Part shown: piece after piece, positions 49,130 to 61,319 of the stretch
Layout: each line of letters starts with the position of its first letter
Numbering within the stretch: position 1 is the stretch's first letter
Assembly: GCA_002189035.1 (NCBI GenBank)
Contig: NEEC01000017.1
Location: 1,550,001 to 1,614,000 of the forward strand
DNA: 64,000 nucleotides
Origin: Utricularia gibba
Lineage: Eukaryota > Plantae > Magnoliophyta
Reading direction: 5' to 3'
Notes under the pieces: model-generated
What the model was told of the DNA's origin: nothing
Seen by the model: the letters and a program-made list of their open reading frames with translations, nothing else
Databases searched by the model: none
Position numbers and translations under genes: made by a program

Positions 49130-52100
49130 CTATACGGTGTACGATTGCTGAATTGTGTCGATGTCCAGACCCTTGAGCCTCACCACCGATTCCACATGGC
49201 CCTTCAGTGTGTGCAGCTCTCTCAGCCTGTATCATTCGTTAAGCCCACATCAACATATGCCTTCTTTAGTTGGAAGAAATCCGATGAATTTCACTACAGA
49301 AAGTTCAAGTTTGTACCTTGCGATTTCAGCTCGCCTTTTCGCTTCTTCAGCTAACTGGTTGAGTTCAGAAAAGTTGGTGGTCTCATTGAACAATTTGGTA
49401 TCAGGAACTTGCAGTCCATGGAGTGTTCTTTGTGCATGGGCCCATTGTAGCTCGCGCTGCTCTTTTCCGAAGTCCTTCTTCCTGGTAAAAGCAATCTGCA
49501 AAAAACAGAAGAGAAGTTGAGGAAGATTGATGATCCAATGCGACACATCTAAGAAAGTGAGTCCCAAAGCAAGAAGTTTTACCCTTTTCTCAAGAACAAG
49601 ATCCCAGGCCTTTCCACTGAGAGCATAACGGGTGAAGAACTTGATGATATCAAGTGGGATGTAGAAGATTATGTTGTAGAGCCAAATGACACCAGCCCAG
49701 CCCCAGCCAATTCCTTCGATCGCTGCAAAACTCCAGTTTGCATAGACAGCTATCAAGGTGGCAACCTGATGTGATGAAACATTGCACATCAAGGTTTCAA
49801 CTGGAGAAGAATTGCTAGGATGAACAGCAAAGAGATGAGGGTGCCAACCAGTTGGGCAATGATAAATGCTGCAACAAGCAACAAACCGGGGCGCTCAACG
49901 TAGGACCAGCTTCTTGATCTCGTGACAAATATCAGGGCCTGGCTTATTGTACTCACTTGAAGGTATATTGCTGAGGCAAGCTTTCTGAAGTCATCATTAG
50001 CAGTCTTCTCCAGGGTTGGCACCCCGAACGTTCTCTGTGAATTTCGAAGACTGTATCAGAAATTCTAAAGGAAAATCATTGATGACAAACGAAAAGAACT
50101 CAACAATTGGCCTACCGGAAAGAAGTCTGTTTGATATGCAGCCCAGAAGAAAATAACTGTCATCATTGCCAAGTAGCCTCCGAGGATGATTCCGGTGGCA
50201 AAAATCTCATCGAGCTTCCAGCTATCAGGTAGAGGAGACGGTTTAACTCTATCTTTTGAGATGGTCATTATGGTACCTTTATCATAAAAAGTAGAAAACA
50301 TTCCCAAGTAAGCAAGCCATAGATTAGATGGGATCACATTTCTTCTCCTGCATCCATAATGAGATTTTTGGAAAAAACTAACCATCATTCAGAATTGCAA
50401 TGATCAGAACCATGAAGGGTGGAAAGTCAAATTTCCATATGAGAGCAAGCAGCATGAAGCCAAGCTGAAAAAGTAGAGAAGACCAGGGAACCGAACACAG
50501 TTTAATATTCAGAAAGCGAGTATCATGAGAAATCCAATTTCACAAGGTAAAGTAGCTTACCACAATACGAATTGTGATAGAGACTGCATAAATCTGATGA
50601 AATCAAGAGAAACTAGTAAGTGGAAGCTTGGTCTTGAAATACTAAAAGAAGAAGAATGAAGACAAATAATAAATTACTGTGTAATTTTTCATCCGTTGGA
50701 AAATGGCTCGACTTGTCAAAACGGCACTGATTATAACACTGAGACCAGGTTCTGTTAGAACAATGTCTGAAGCACTACGAGCAGCATCAGTGGCATCAGC
50801 AACAGCAATTCCAATATCTGCTTTCTTCAGGGCAGGAGCATCATTTACCCCATCTCCGGTCATTCCACATATGTGCTTACTAGCTTGCAGGCGCTTAACA
50901 ATTTCATACTTATGCTCTGTTCAAATTATAGTATAATCCATCCATAAAATTTTTCATGTTAAGCATAGGACATTATGATATGAAGAAGAAAGCATGCTGA
51001 AGGGAGAGAATGGTGGTACCAGGGAAGACACCAGCAAATCCATCTGCCTTCTCTATGAGTTCATCAACTGGCAATGCAGCAATGGATTCGTCCTTGTTCT
51101 GCCCCAGCAAAGCAGAGGAGGGGTACATGTTGGTTCCCATTCCAAGTCTCCGGCCTGTTTCTTTTGCTATTGCAAGTTGATCTCCTGTTAAAAATAATCC
51201 ATCAGGAATGTGAATCTTGTTTTAGACAATACAATCATGCATATACTTGCAGACATCATTATCATCATGCCGATGCAGCCAATATTCTGAATTGCAAAAA
51301 TTTGATTCACCTGTAATCATTTTCACGTTCACTCCAAGATTTAGTGCTCTTCTTATAGTTTCCGCACTATCATGTCTTGGTGGATCGAAAAGAGGCATAA
51401 GACCAATGAACTGCCATGGCCCGCCAGGACTCTCTTTAGATCCTTCGGGAACTTCCTGCAATAAAATGCAAGACTAACGGCTTAAACTGCAGAAGCTTGG
51501 TGATAAGTCAAAATTAAGCGTATAACAGTATGCCGCAGGTGAGGGAGTGTAGCCAACAGTAGAAAATACCTGGTATGCCACAGCAAGTGACCTCAAACCT
51601 CTCTCTGCAAACTTGTCAATCACAGCATGAACACGTCTATCTATCTCCGATTTGTTGTGTGCAAGATTCAGAATCTATAGTTCATTTTGGAGTCAACAAT
51701 TAGGATGACAATGAAGAAAGAACGAAAATGGGTATAAAAAATAAACACCCATTGTTACCTGCTCTGGTGCTCCTTTTGTGACCCTGTGCCATTTTCCATC
51801 ACTGTCAATGTACGTCAATGCAGTTCGTTTGTCGGTTGGGTTAAAAGGAAGAAAATGCACTTCACGAATGCCAGCTCGAGCCTGTGCATGGGCAGCATAA
51901 GACAATTGGCAACCAAATTATACATACATCAGGAGGAAAATGAAAATGAAATACCTCCTTTGGATCAGCCAGCATCCCAACAATAGCAGTATCTATAGCA
52001 TCTTGATTTTCAGTTCTGGAGGCTCGGGCTGCCATTAGGACAACAGTGTCTGGATCAACACCTTTGGCAAAAACCTATTGAAAAAGAAACAAAATATATT

Positions 52101-53993
52101 AAGAATCCAACATTCACAGTATTACAGATGGATATCAGAAGATTGCCCTCTAACCTCAATGAGATTCTTATCAACAGTGAGTTTGTTTAGTGTCAAAGTT
52201 CCAGTCTTGTCACTACAAAGCACATCCATGCCAGCCATCTCTTCTATGGCGGTCATCCTCTTTGTAATAGCACCCTGAAAAATGAAGGGTTCAGCAGCTT
52301 CAACCCAGAGTTAGAGTACATGAGACGAGTAACCAACACTTTCCCAAAAACACAAACCTGTTGAGCCAAACGATGGGAGCCAATTGCCATTGTGACTGAA
52401 AGAACGGTAGGCATTGCAATCGGAATTCCCCCAATGAGAAGCACAAGAAGATTGTCAATACCAGGGCGGTACTGTCTATGTTGAATGGGGTACATTACAA
52501 CAATCTCAATCACCATCCCCAAAGCAATGGAGCAAATGCAGAAGTTACCAATCGCAGTTAAAACCTGATTATCATATGACGAAGGAAAAGCTTCAGAGAA
52601 ATGAATGAATCCATATTGTACAGAGATGATCAGATCAAAAGGTATAAAAGGTTAACCTTTTGGAAGTGCCCCACTTGATTTGTAGAATCAACAAGGTGAG
52701 CCGCTTTGCCAAAGAAGGTATGGACTCCAGTGGCAATCACAATAGCTTCAATTTCGCCCTGTTTGCATGTAGAACCAGAGTATACTCCATCTCCTGGACT
52801 CTTAGTCACTGGAAGAGACTCCCCAGTCAAAGCAGACTGCACAGATGTAATGCGTAATGTCATCATGTGAATTGATATATCTTTTTTCATTTCTCACCAA
52901 AAAAGATGAAAACCTGATCAATCTTCAAAGGGTCACCATCAAGCAATCGCGCATCAGCAGGAATTATGTCTCCTAGTTTAATGCTGATAATGTCACCCGG
53001 AACTAATATCGAAGCCTCTTCCTCACTCCACTTCCCATCTCTTAGTACCTGTGCATACAACCACAAGCGTTGAAGCTTTCAAAATGACTATTTTTCATCA
53101 TACTTCTCTAGTAAGAGTAGACAAGACCTTTGCTTTTGGAGCAAGACTAGCCATGAGAGCAGCAGCTGCGTTTCCAGCATTATTCTCCTCAATAAAACTG
53201 ATCGTGGAGTTTATCACAAGCAAAGTGATGATGCCCACAAAGTCTTGCCAATCTGGTGGCTTATTCTGCAAAATAGAATACCAAAAACTACTGAGTTTCC
53301 ACGAGGAAAGGAAAACAGAGTGCCATACAACAGAAACATCAACGCTTGGAAAAAAAAGGACACTTACTCCTCCATTAGCCAGAGCAATTGCCATGATAGC
53401 AGCAGCCTCCATAACCCATGATAAAGGATTCCACATAAAACCTAGGAACTTCAGGAACTTGCTCTCCTGAGGTGGCAAAGCATTCAGGAATCAGCATTTA
53501 CTATGGATTCTTAAGATAAATAGCAGAAACACACACCCATACTGGACACCACCCCATCCCACTTCTACAGCACCCACACCCACACTCACAAGTACACTCA
53601 CTCTAGCACTAGCACTACGTAAGCATGAGATAAAGTAGTTTTTGCACCGGAGCAACATCACTTCAAACCCATTAACTTCATAAAGCAAATCAAGTATCAC
53701 AGAATTGGGATAATCAGGTGAAATGAAATTTCAACCTTCTTCTCCTCAAGCTTGTTATGCCCAAATATGGCTAATCTATCCTCCGCAGATTCAGTAGAAA
53801 GCCCTCCTGAGGTACATCTTAAATTCTCAAACACCTCTTCAATGGGAATGTTCTCCTGTAAAGTAAAAAAAAAAAGTGCAAACCGAAATCAAAATGAATT
53901 CTAATCTGCGTCCCCGGAAGTAAGAACCAGATCCATTACCAAATCAACAGTTTCTTTCAGAACGGCATCCAAAGCTTCAGGTTTCTCATCCAT
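49130..53993 (-). CDS. AHA: Plasma-membrane H+-ATPase, subfamily I (AHA4/AHA11-like), multi-exon
   Basis: [60 protein letters not shown]-terminal YTV 14-3-3 motif. Confidence 0.96.
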
Positions 53994-54039
53994 CTTCCCA
54001 AATCTTCCAACTTTCTTCCCGGAACGCCAATAATGTAGC

Positions 54040-54057
54040 TTACACAAGAACCACCAT
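54040..54057 (-). promoter_or_regulatory. 5-codon uORF (MVVLV*) in the AHA leader
   Basis: ATG GTG GTT CTT GTG TAA ends 46 nt before the AHA ATG. Confidence 0.55.
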
Positions 54058-55498
54058 CAGCGACTCCTACACACAGATCACCAGATATGGTGTTTAAAGA
54101 AAACCAAAGGCAGAAAGCCTGAAATAATGCAACATGACCCACTGGGCACTGGTGAAATTGTTCAACTGTTTCGTAATTGCAGATAAAAAAATGTGTCTTT
54201 TCCACCCACACCGTAAATCTGTAACCTTTCAAGATATAAAAAGGCATTTCTAAGTAATGGGTATCAATGTTATGCATTTCCATTGTGTATTTACATCAGC
54301 AGTAACTTCCTTTCGCCCTTTCAGAAAAAGAAACAAAGACACTTGTAAAAAAATGTGTTCCTTTCACGTTTAGGCGCTGGAACAACGCACAATCAAGCTC
54401 GCAACTTGTGCAAAGATTCCACAAGCATTTATGCAATTACCTCCACCTTATAAAGAACCGAGAAAGTAGAGTTAGTGTTGACGATTCCTTGTCGACCTTC
54501 TTTCCTTGTTGACTTTGACACCCTCCTCCACTTGGACTTCACTAAAGCATGACTATGGGACTAAATGTCTGCATTTATGTGGACAAACGCAGCTGATTTG
54601 AGATCTGCGCCGAATTTAGATCCCTTCTTTCAGATGCTCACTCAGCTCACTCACGAATATATACAATAAAATTATTATAAAAATCTATAAATAATATTTT
54701 ATATCATTATAATTATTAAATAGATTAGTATTAAAATTAAAAATTAAAAAGTAAATATTTCAATAATTTATTTTAAAAGAATTACAATGATCATAATTAG
54801 TTATAAAAGGTATGGATAAAAATACATCCATACCTTATATTAATTTGATGTTAGAGAATTGATTTAATTTGAAATTATAATTGAGATTATGTGGAATATA
54901 ATCAGTTTTAGATTATATGAATAAAATAAGTTTTAGATTATAAAAATATTTTGTATGATAACATAAAATTATATTATAAAAGTTAATAAAATAAAATATA
55001 TAATGTAAAATTTAATATATTAAATTTTATATAATTTAAATTTTGATATAAATGTATTTTTAGAATATATAATAAGTGATTAGAATCTTTTATTTAATCA
55101 TGAGATTGATAAAATTTAATAATTTGTGAAGTTAATCACATAAAAGATTTTTAAATTTGATAAAAAAAAACGACTAAAGATTAGAATTTTCAAAAATTAA
55201 ACAGAATACTTTAAAAAAATTAAAAAAAAAACAGAACAAGCCTATCATCTCTCATAGAATTTATTTTTTTCAAATTTTAATATCATTAATAAAAAAGTAA
55301 TTTTCCAAACATAAATATAAAGAAACACCTTTTAAATAAAATGTATTGCATTTAAAAGATATCAGAAAAGGTTTAATTACTTAATGCAATTATGCATTTT
55401 TTTAAATGCACATGCATTAAAAAAACGTATTCAAAAGTTTCCATTTCATTTATAAAATTATTTATTCATTTAAATATGCCAAATTGAAGTAGACAGAC

Positions 55499-55516
55499 CA
55501 CGTGTGCCGCCACGTG
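55499..55516. promoter_or_regulatory. Twin G-box/ABRE-like elements
   Basis: CACGTG at 55499-55504 and 55511-55516, forming a GC island in AT-rich intergenic DNA. Confidence 0.35.
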
Positions 55517-55902
55517 CTACCGTTCGCTTTTTCCAAACTTTTATTTTAATTTTAAATTTTTTTCTCTGTAGTATCAAAAATAGGGTGAACAGGTATCACT
55601 TTCTCGAATTGGAATGCGATAGTTATGAAGAACTGGAGACCATGTAACAGGGATATACTTCAAATTGGGCGATTTGATGATGTTGCAGTCCTGCTGACGG
55701 GCACCCCAGAATTTGTTAAGCTCGCCTGAAGAGGGGGGAGATAGATATCAGGTAAGTGACTGTTGTCTCCACCATTTCTAGATCATGGGGTGCTGCTAAA
55801 GAGGCCGAAAAAAGAAGGGAAAATGGGGAGCTTGCAAGTACTTGTACCTGGTTCCCTTGATTCGATAATGGATACAACACGATGCATTTAGTTCTGTTCA
55901 TC

Positions 55903-58536
55903 TCATTCTTCCATGAAGCCGAAGAAGGGAATGCCCCTGATGATCAAAAGAAGCAAAGCCGTTGTTCAGAGAGTTGAAAAGGGGGGTCTTAGGGGTGGTG
56001 AATGTTTAGCTCTGTGGTTACATGGAGGACAAACTGCTTGTGTAGTTTAGCTTTCGAATGGGAGATCATGTTAAAGGGAAACAGGGGAAAAAAAAGACAT
56101 AGTCTCACCAGCCGCCGTGCCTGGAGAAGTAGTCATTATCGAGCGAAACAGCAAGAGCTACTGCTACTGCTCTTTCGGAGAGTGTCAGGGAACGGATTAC
56201 ATCTAACTCTTGAACCTGCATTGCATAGAGAGGGATGATTCAGAAATTTATACCATTTGAGTAAAACATGCCACAAATCTCAGAAGGTACCCCAGGAGCA
56301 GATCCAACATGAGAATCTGTACTTCCAAATCGAATTACGTATTGACCAGCATCTGTGAAGAGCTGCATTGTGGGAATCGAACAAAATGTTCATGTTCACA
56401 GCCATGACAATGTGCTTATTTTTAATCTTTCAACAAGGCAGGACTGTTTTTCTCATGAATAAGTTTCCAAAAGGAGTTACCTCAAACCCAACACCCCTCC
56501 AGTCACGGTCAATTTCAGCCAATACATTTCCATCTACATCCTTCAAAGTGAATGTCCAGTTCCAAAATCCAGGATTTTCAACAATCGCAAACTGCACATT
56601 ACTAGAACAAGGACAACCGCAGTTTGAAGTCTGAAAAAATGGAACAGAAAGGACACTGCTATTTTCTTTTTAAGTGTCAAACTAGGAAGGAGAAAAAAGC
56701 AAGAATCAAACTCCAGTTGAAGTGAAAATCATGCCTCCGTCATTAGATATATAAAGTTAAAGATTTGTAGGAATGCCATGGAATAAGGGAACAGCGAGAT
56801 GTTGTATTCCACAAATGAGTAAAAATTATTTCAAAAAAGGATAGTCAGGGTCTAGGAATAGCATCGTTACCCCAGGTATAAATCATATATTCTTTTCCAC
56901 AGATGCCATCTTTGGTGAACAACACCAATCTCCTGAAAGAAAAGCAATAAAGCAGCGTCAAAGATCTATGAAATTCCATAACAGTAGTAAATAAGACCAT
57001 AAAATCCAACCACAAAAACGTCACAAACATAAAAAATGGCCCACCTTTCCATTTATTTCAGCATAGATAGAACTTGTGATCCACCAGAAGGGCCTCCTGA
57101 TCTACTTGACAGCATTCATCAAATAGGAAAGCACATAAGAACTCAACAGAAGCATGCAATTAAGGGCATCAATAAATTCAGAAGCAACAAAACTTCTTAC
57201 CCTGAAGAGCTCGTTACCTAATGCATCAGTTATCATCGCTATAAAAGGTCGCCTTAGCCTAAGCAACTGCAAAATAGTACAAGAGCACCAGTTCACAACC
57301 CAATAAAAGAAAGAAATTAAAAATAATTTTTTTTCTCAAAATAATCCCAGTAAAGCCCAATGATGAATCAGACGACCACTTACAACTGTCAAGAATGATG
57401 ATGCAATAATTACAACTGCATTCATGGTTTAGTATGCATAAAATCGAGCAGCCAGATTACAGTTGAACCTAGAGGAACAGTACCTGTCTTGAGATCACAT
57501 TGCTTTGCTCACGAATGAAACCTACAGGCTAAAAAGAAATTTATGGAGGAAATTAGCTGTCTTTGACCTAGTATCAATCAATTACAGTTCACGCTGACAG
57601 CAAATGACCAAAAGAAACACAAATACACGTACAGATTGGGGATAGCACGCATCAACAACTGCATAGCGGTTTTCCTGCAACCATTATATTATATGAGGCT
57701 GAATGCATCAAGGATTGTCACGTTAGTTGGAAAGCCGTAATACTTTTTTTCCCTTTTCAAGAATTAAAAGCAAGTTCAGTCACTCAGCAAAAGAAATGTA
57801 GCAACTAAAGGAGATAGTCATTCAAAAGGCCACCATACCTGCTCGAACCCAAGAACCAAATTTGCCCATTCAATGTCCCTGGTTATCAGAAGATTGGACC
57901 TTGCAAGAAGAGGAGCAACCTTGGCCTGAGGTAGGATTAAATCATGGAAGGTTATGATGCTTTTAGAATTGGATATTCCTATTCCACAGAGTCATACTTA
58001 GATGAATGGAACTACACCTCTTCCGAAGACGCAGGTTTTAATATCCCAGACATAGATTGACTGGTCGGTGGCTGATTTAATTTCATTTTATCATGTCCTT
58101 CATCTAAAAAGGATTCACCAGAGAAAGATCTCTCTAGAATCCCCGAGCCAAGAGCTTTCCTGGTGATAGAATTTTCACCATTGCCACCTGGTTTAAGAAC
58201 CTTATGCCCTCCACTCTTCAACTGCTTCAGCTTCTTTTTATCAGCAATCCAAAGTTTAGAGAAAAAATCTCTTCCCAGGTTCGTGTCATTTGCATCATTA
58301 TGTATATGGTGCAAAGTCGCAGTCTTGCAACTCAAAATAGTAGGTGTCAAATGACACTGCAGGACAGAATTCACTGATGAACTCCTCCGTAAAAGGCTTC
58401 CGCAGAGGGCTGAAGAAGAGAACTCGTTTTGAGGACAATGAGTAAAATTCAGACCCATTCCCCTCATCATGAAACCTTGTCTTCCGCCCCGTCTATATTG
58501 GTACGCACTATAAGCACAACGCGTTATCCTCTTCAT
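55903..58536 (-). CDS. Phospholipid scramblase family protein (AIM25-like), probably mitochondrial, multi-exon
   Basis: ARSNLLITRDIEWANLVLGFEQ, RRPFIAMITDALGNELFR, RWHLWKRIYDLY, LSERAVAVALAVSLDNDYFSRHGG|WGIPF. Confidence 0.88.
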
Positions 58537-59327
58537 CTACGCAAACGCACATGCAAAAAAACATCAATGCTGCAGGAATGTGCATATTATACCCTAAAGA
58601 ACGAAAACCAGTCTTCCTAAAAACATGAGCAACCCTCCATACGTAAATTTTATTCCTTCAGCCCAATAAACCCGCACACTCAAAAGATGCAACAAAAAGC
58701 TGTATCTTCCAATAGCAGATCAAGATTTTAGCACCCATCCACCATTTCCCTTTAATGAAAATCCCAAGCTACGGAGAACAAGCGCCCCAACTAAAAGAAA
58801 ATTCAACACTTCCAGAAATCAAAGTACCGTAAACTTCACCAGCCAAGGGAAAAGGGAACATCAATCCGTGATCCGAGGATGATTAAGGAAAAAAAAGGAA
58901 GTCGGCGCAATCTCTACCACTGCAAAACAAAAGTCTAAAAACCACGATCGCACAGCCTGATTTTCTTCATAGAAACACGGAGCGGCCACTGAAAGTACCC
59001 AGAAGAAATTCTTTACTAAATCCCAAATAAAAAATACAAATTTGACGTATAAATATTTATTTTTCTTCAGTGAAGATTTGGTCTATAAGATTAAAATACA
59101 AATATTTTAATTATTTGCATTTAGATAAAATATTTAAATGTTATATGATATTTAATTAATAACTATAACTAACTACCCTTCTCTTACAAAATATTGCCCG
59201 TTTGGAACGTAAAAACTTTAAATTAATTAAAAAAAGTAAACTTCAATAAAACGAGGATTAACATAATAATTAATTTATAACCCTAATCCAATCAATTAAC
59301 ACACAATTTGATGCGTAAAGAATTTCA

Positions 59328-59920
59328 ATGCCTGGAGTTCTTGGAGATGCTGTTGGGGCATTTGCTGGGGCTGCTTACCTTGACAGTGGAAGCGGAATGG
59401 AGGCTGTGTGGAAGGTTGGGTTTCTTCCAAGGTATTTAGTTCCCTGGCCCTCTGTAACTTCGCTTGGACGGCGGTGTTTCAATGGTTTGCATTTCGACAC
59501 TGTGCTCTGTTTAGGGGTTCCAGTCCCTGTTCAACCACTATGGCTACCCCAGTAACGCTTCTGTGTGAGAGAACTACAAGAAAGATGCGTAGGCCGAGCT
59601 GAGGGGCTAGGATACGATACAAATTGGCTACATTCGGGAACTTGATGATGTGCTGGTTGGAGTTGAAGCTCTTGAATGGTAGTCTGTGCGCGTTGAAATT
59701 GGCCATTGACCTCGTACGAGTGATATGCTCACCAGACACTGTAATTTCACAATGGAGTTACTGGTGGGATCCGAACGTTCACAATGGAGGAGGCCCTCCA
59801 ATTGCAAAGGGATCCATCTACTGTGTGTTCATTAATACTCCTGATAGGGGTTGGGCAGATGAATGCACCGGAGATTCACTTGGGACGTCTCGATCCATGG
59901 TGTTCTTGATTCAAATGTTC
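59328..59920 (+). pseudogene. DCL1: Decayed DICER-LIKE1 3' fragment (end of RNase IIIb, dsRBD1, dsRBD2) with retained introns
   Basis: PGVLGDAVGAFAGAAYLDSG..AVWK|, MATPVTL, VRELQERC..AEGL, NWPLTSY, GGPPIAK..INTPDRGWADECTGD; frameshifts, stops and a large deletion. Confidence 0.75.
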
Positions 59921-60739
59921 AATCTTTACAGAGCTTCAGAAGCATATTGGAACACTGACATTTCCAATGAAACTGCTACACGAAAAACACCATACATTTA
60001 TACTCAAAGTTCGTGATCATTTTGCATAACTTCCCTCAACTCCAACTCCCCAGATTTTCCCTCTAACTGAAGTGTCTTGTTGGCCTATTGGATCCCTTTT
60101 AACTTCTTACAACCCCCCTTTTTTTTCCGAGCTTTTATTTCCTTCTTTCACTTCTACAGGTTACTTTAGGGGGGAAAAAAAAGAGGGGAGGAATCCGTTC
60201 TTCTGTAAAGCTGAAGATGAATCATGGTACTGCCTTATCCTCTAATCGAACTTTATTACAAGTATGAGCCCCCCAGAAGACAAAGCTACAGTTGCTATGA
60301 CGCCTAGACTCTTAGCTGCATGTCGGGGCCATGTTGGAGTCTCTGTTGGACCGATTGGGGGTGGACTGGAGGGGTTCAGGCTTGCTTTGGGCAATCTTTT
60401 AGAGCAATGTCACTCTTGTACCGGTTCGTGTTTGGTTGAAATTGCTGGTCGGGGGGACCGGTTCGGTTTCAAAGTTCACGGTGGAACTCGATGCCACGCT
60501 CTGTAGAAAGGTATCATGAAATTTCATTGGGGAGGAAAATTGGAAAAAATAAAGAGAGAGAGGGGAGAGATTCCCAAGGGCAAGCCGGCAGTGCGGTGTA
60601 GAGAGAAAAAGATACGCACTTTCTCTCTCTATATCTCTGTACCACATCAAACCCAAGCTGCCCGGAGGGGAAAAGACTTCAGCTCAGCCGCCGCCTCGAG
60701 CGCTTCTGTGGTTTCTCTGTATTGGCCTCTTTTTTGTCA

Positions 60740-61278
60740 ATGGATTTAGGTGAGACCCTTTGTCCCTTTTGAAATTTCTTTGGGTAAACGGGTTCCATTG
60801 TGAATTTGTGATGGATGCGACGATATCCGCGTTTTCGTTACAAGGCTCTCTTTTTACCTGTCGCCTAATGTGAAAGTTTCTGACTTTCCTTGGGATTCAT
60901 CAAGTTGAAATCGGTTCCCTGAGTTTCTTCCGTCGTGGGATTTGTTGGGATTGCTGTTGGATTGACTTCTTTGAAGCCAGTCGTGTAATTATTAGAAAAT
61001 TTATGCCCACTTTTCTTCAGTTGTTTCCTGAACCACAGAATCGGGTATGTGTTTTCGTAGTCCCCACGTTTTCTCAATTCTGCTTCGTGTTCACTTCTTC
61101 CGTTTTCTTAAAGTTCGCATTTTTATGCATCCGTTGTGCAATTTTTTTGCCGTATCAGTTCTGTGTAGGCTTACGCAGTCCTTCATAACTCTTTCCAGCT
61201 CTTCTTGTAGGTGGTAAGTTACTTCAGATGCTTCCTGCGTATGATGCATCAGCTGTCCACGACCTGAAGGATTTATAA
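60740..61278 (+). promoter_or_regulatory. Predicted spliced uORF (25 aa) in the SMR-PPR leader
   Basis: ATGGATTTAG|GTGAG donor at 60750, acceptor at 61210, in-frame to TAA 61276-61278. Confidence 0.3.
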
Positions 61279-61319
61279 CCAGTGGTTTTGCAAGAGACAT
61301 CCTTGGAGCGCTCTGCGAC

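Noticed and set aside
60264-60506. 80-aa ORF upstream of the SMR-PPR
   Set aside because: No recognisable domain or splice context; probably promoter sequence.
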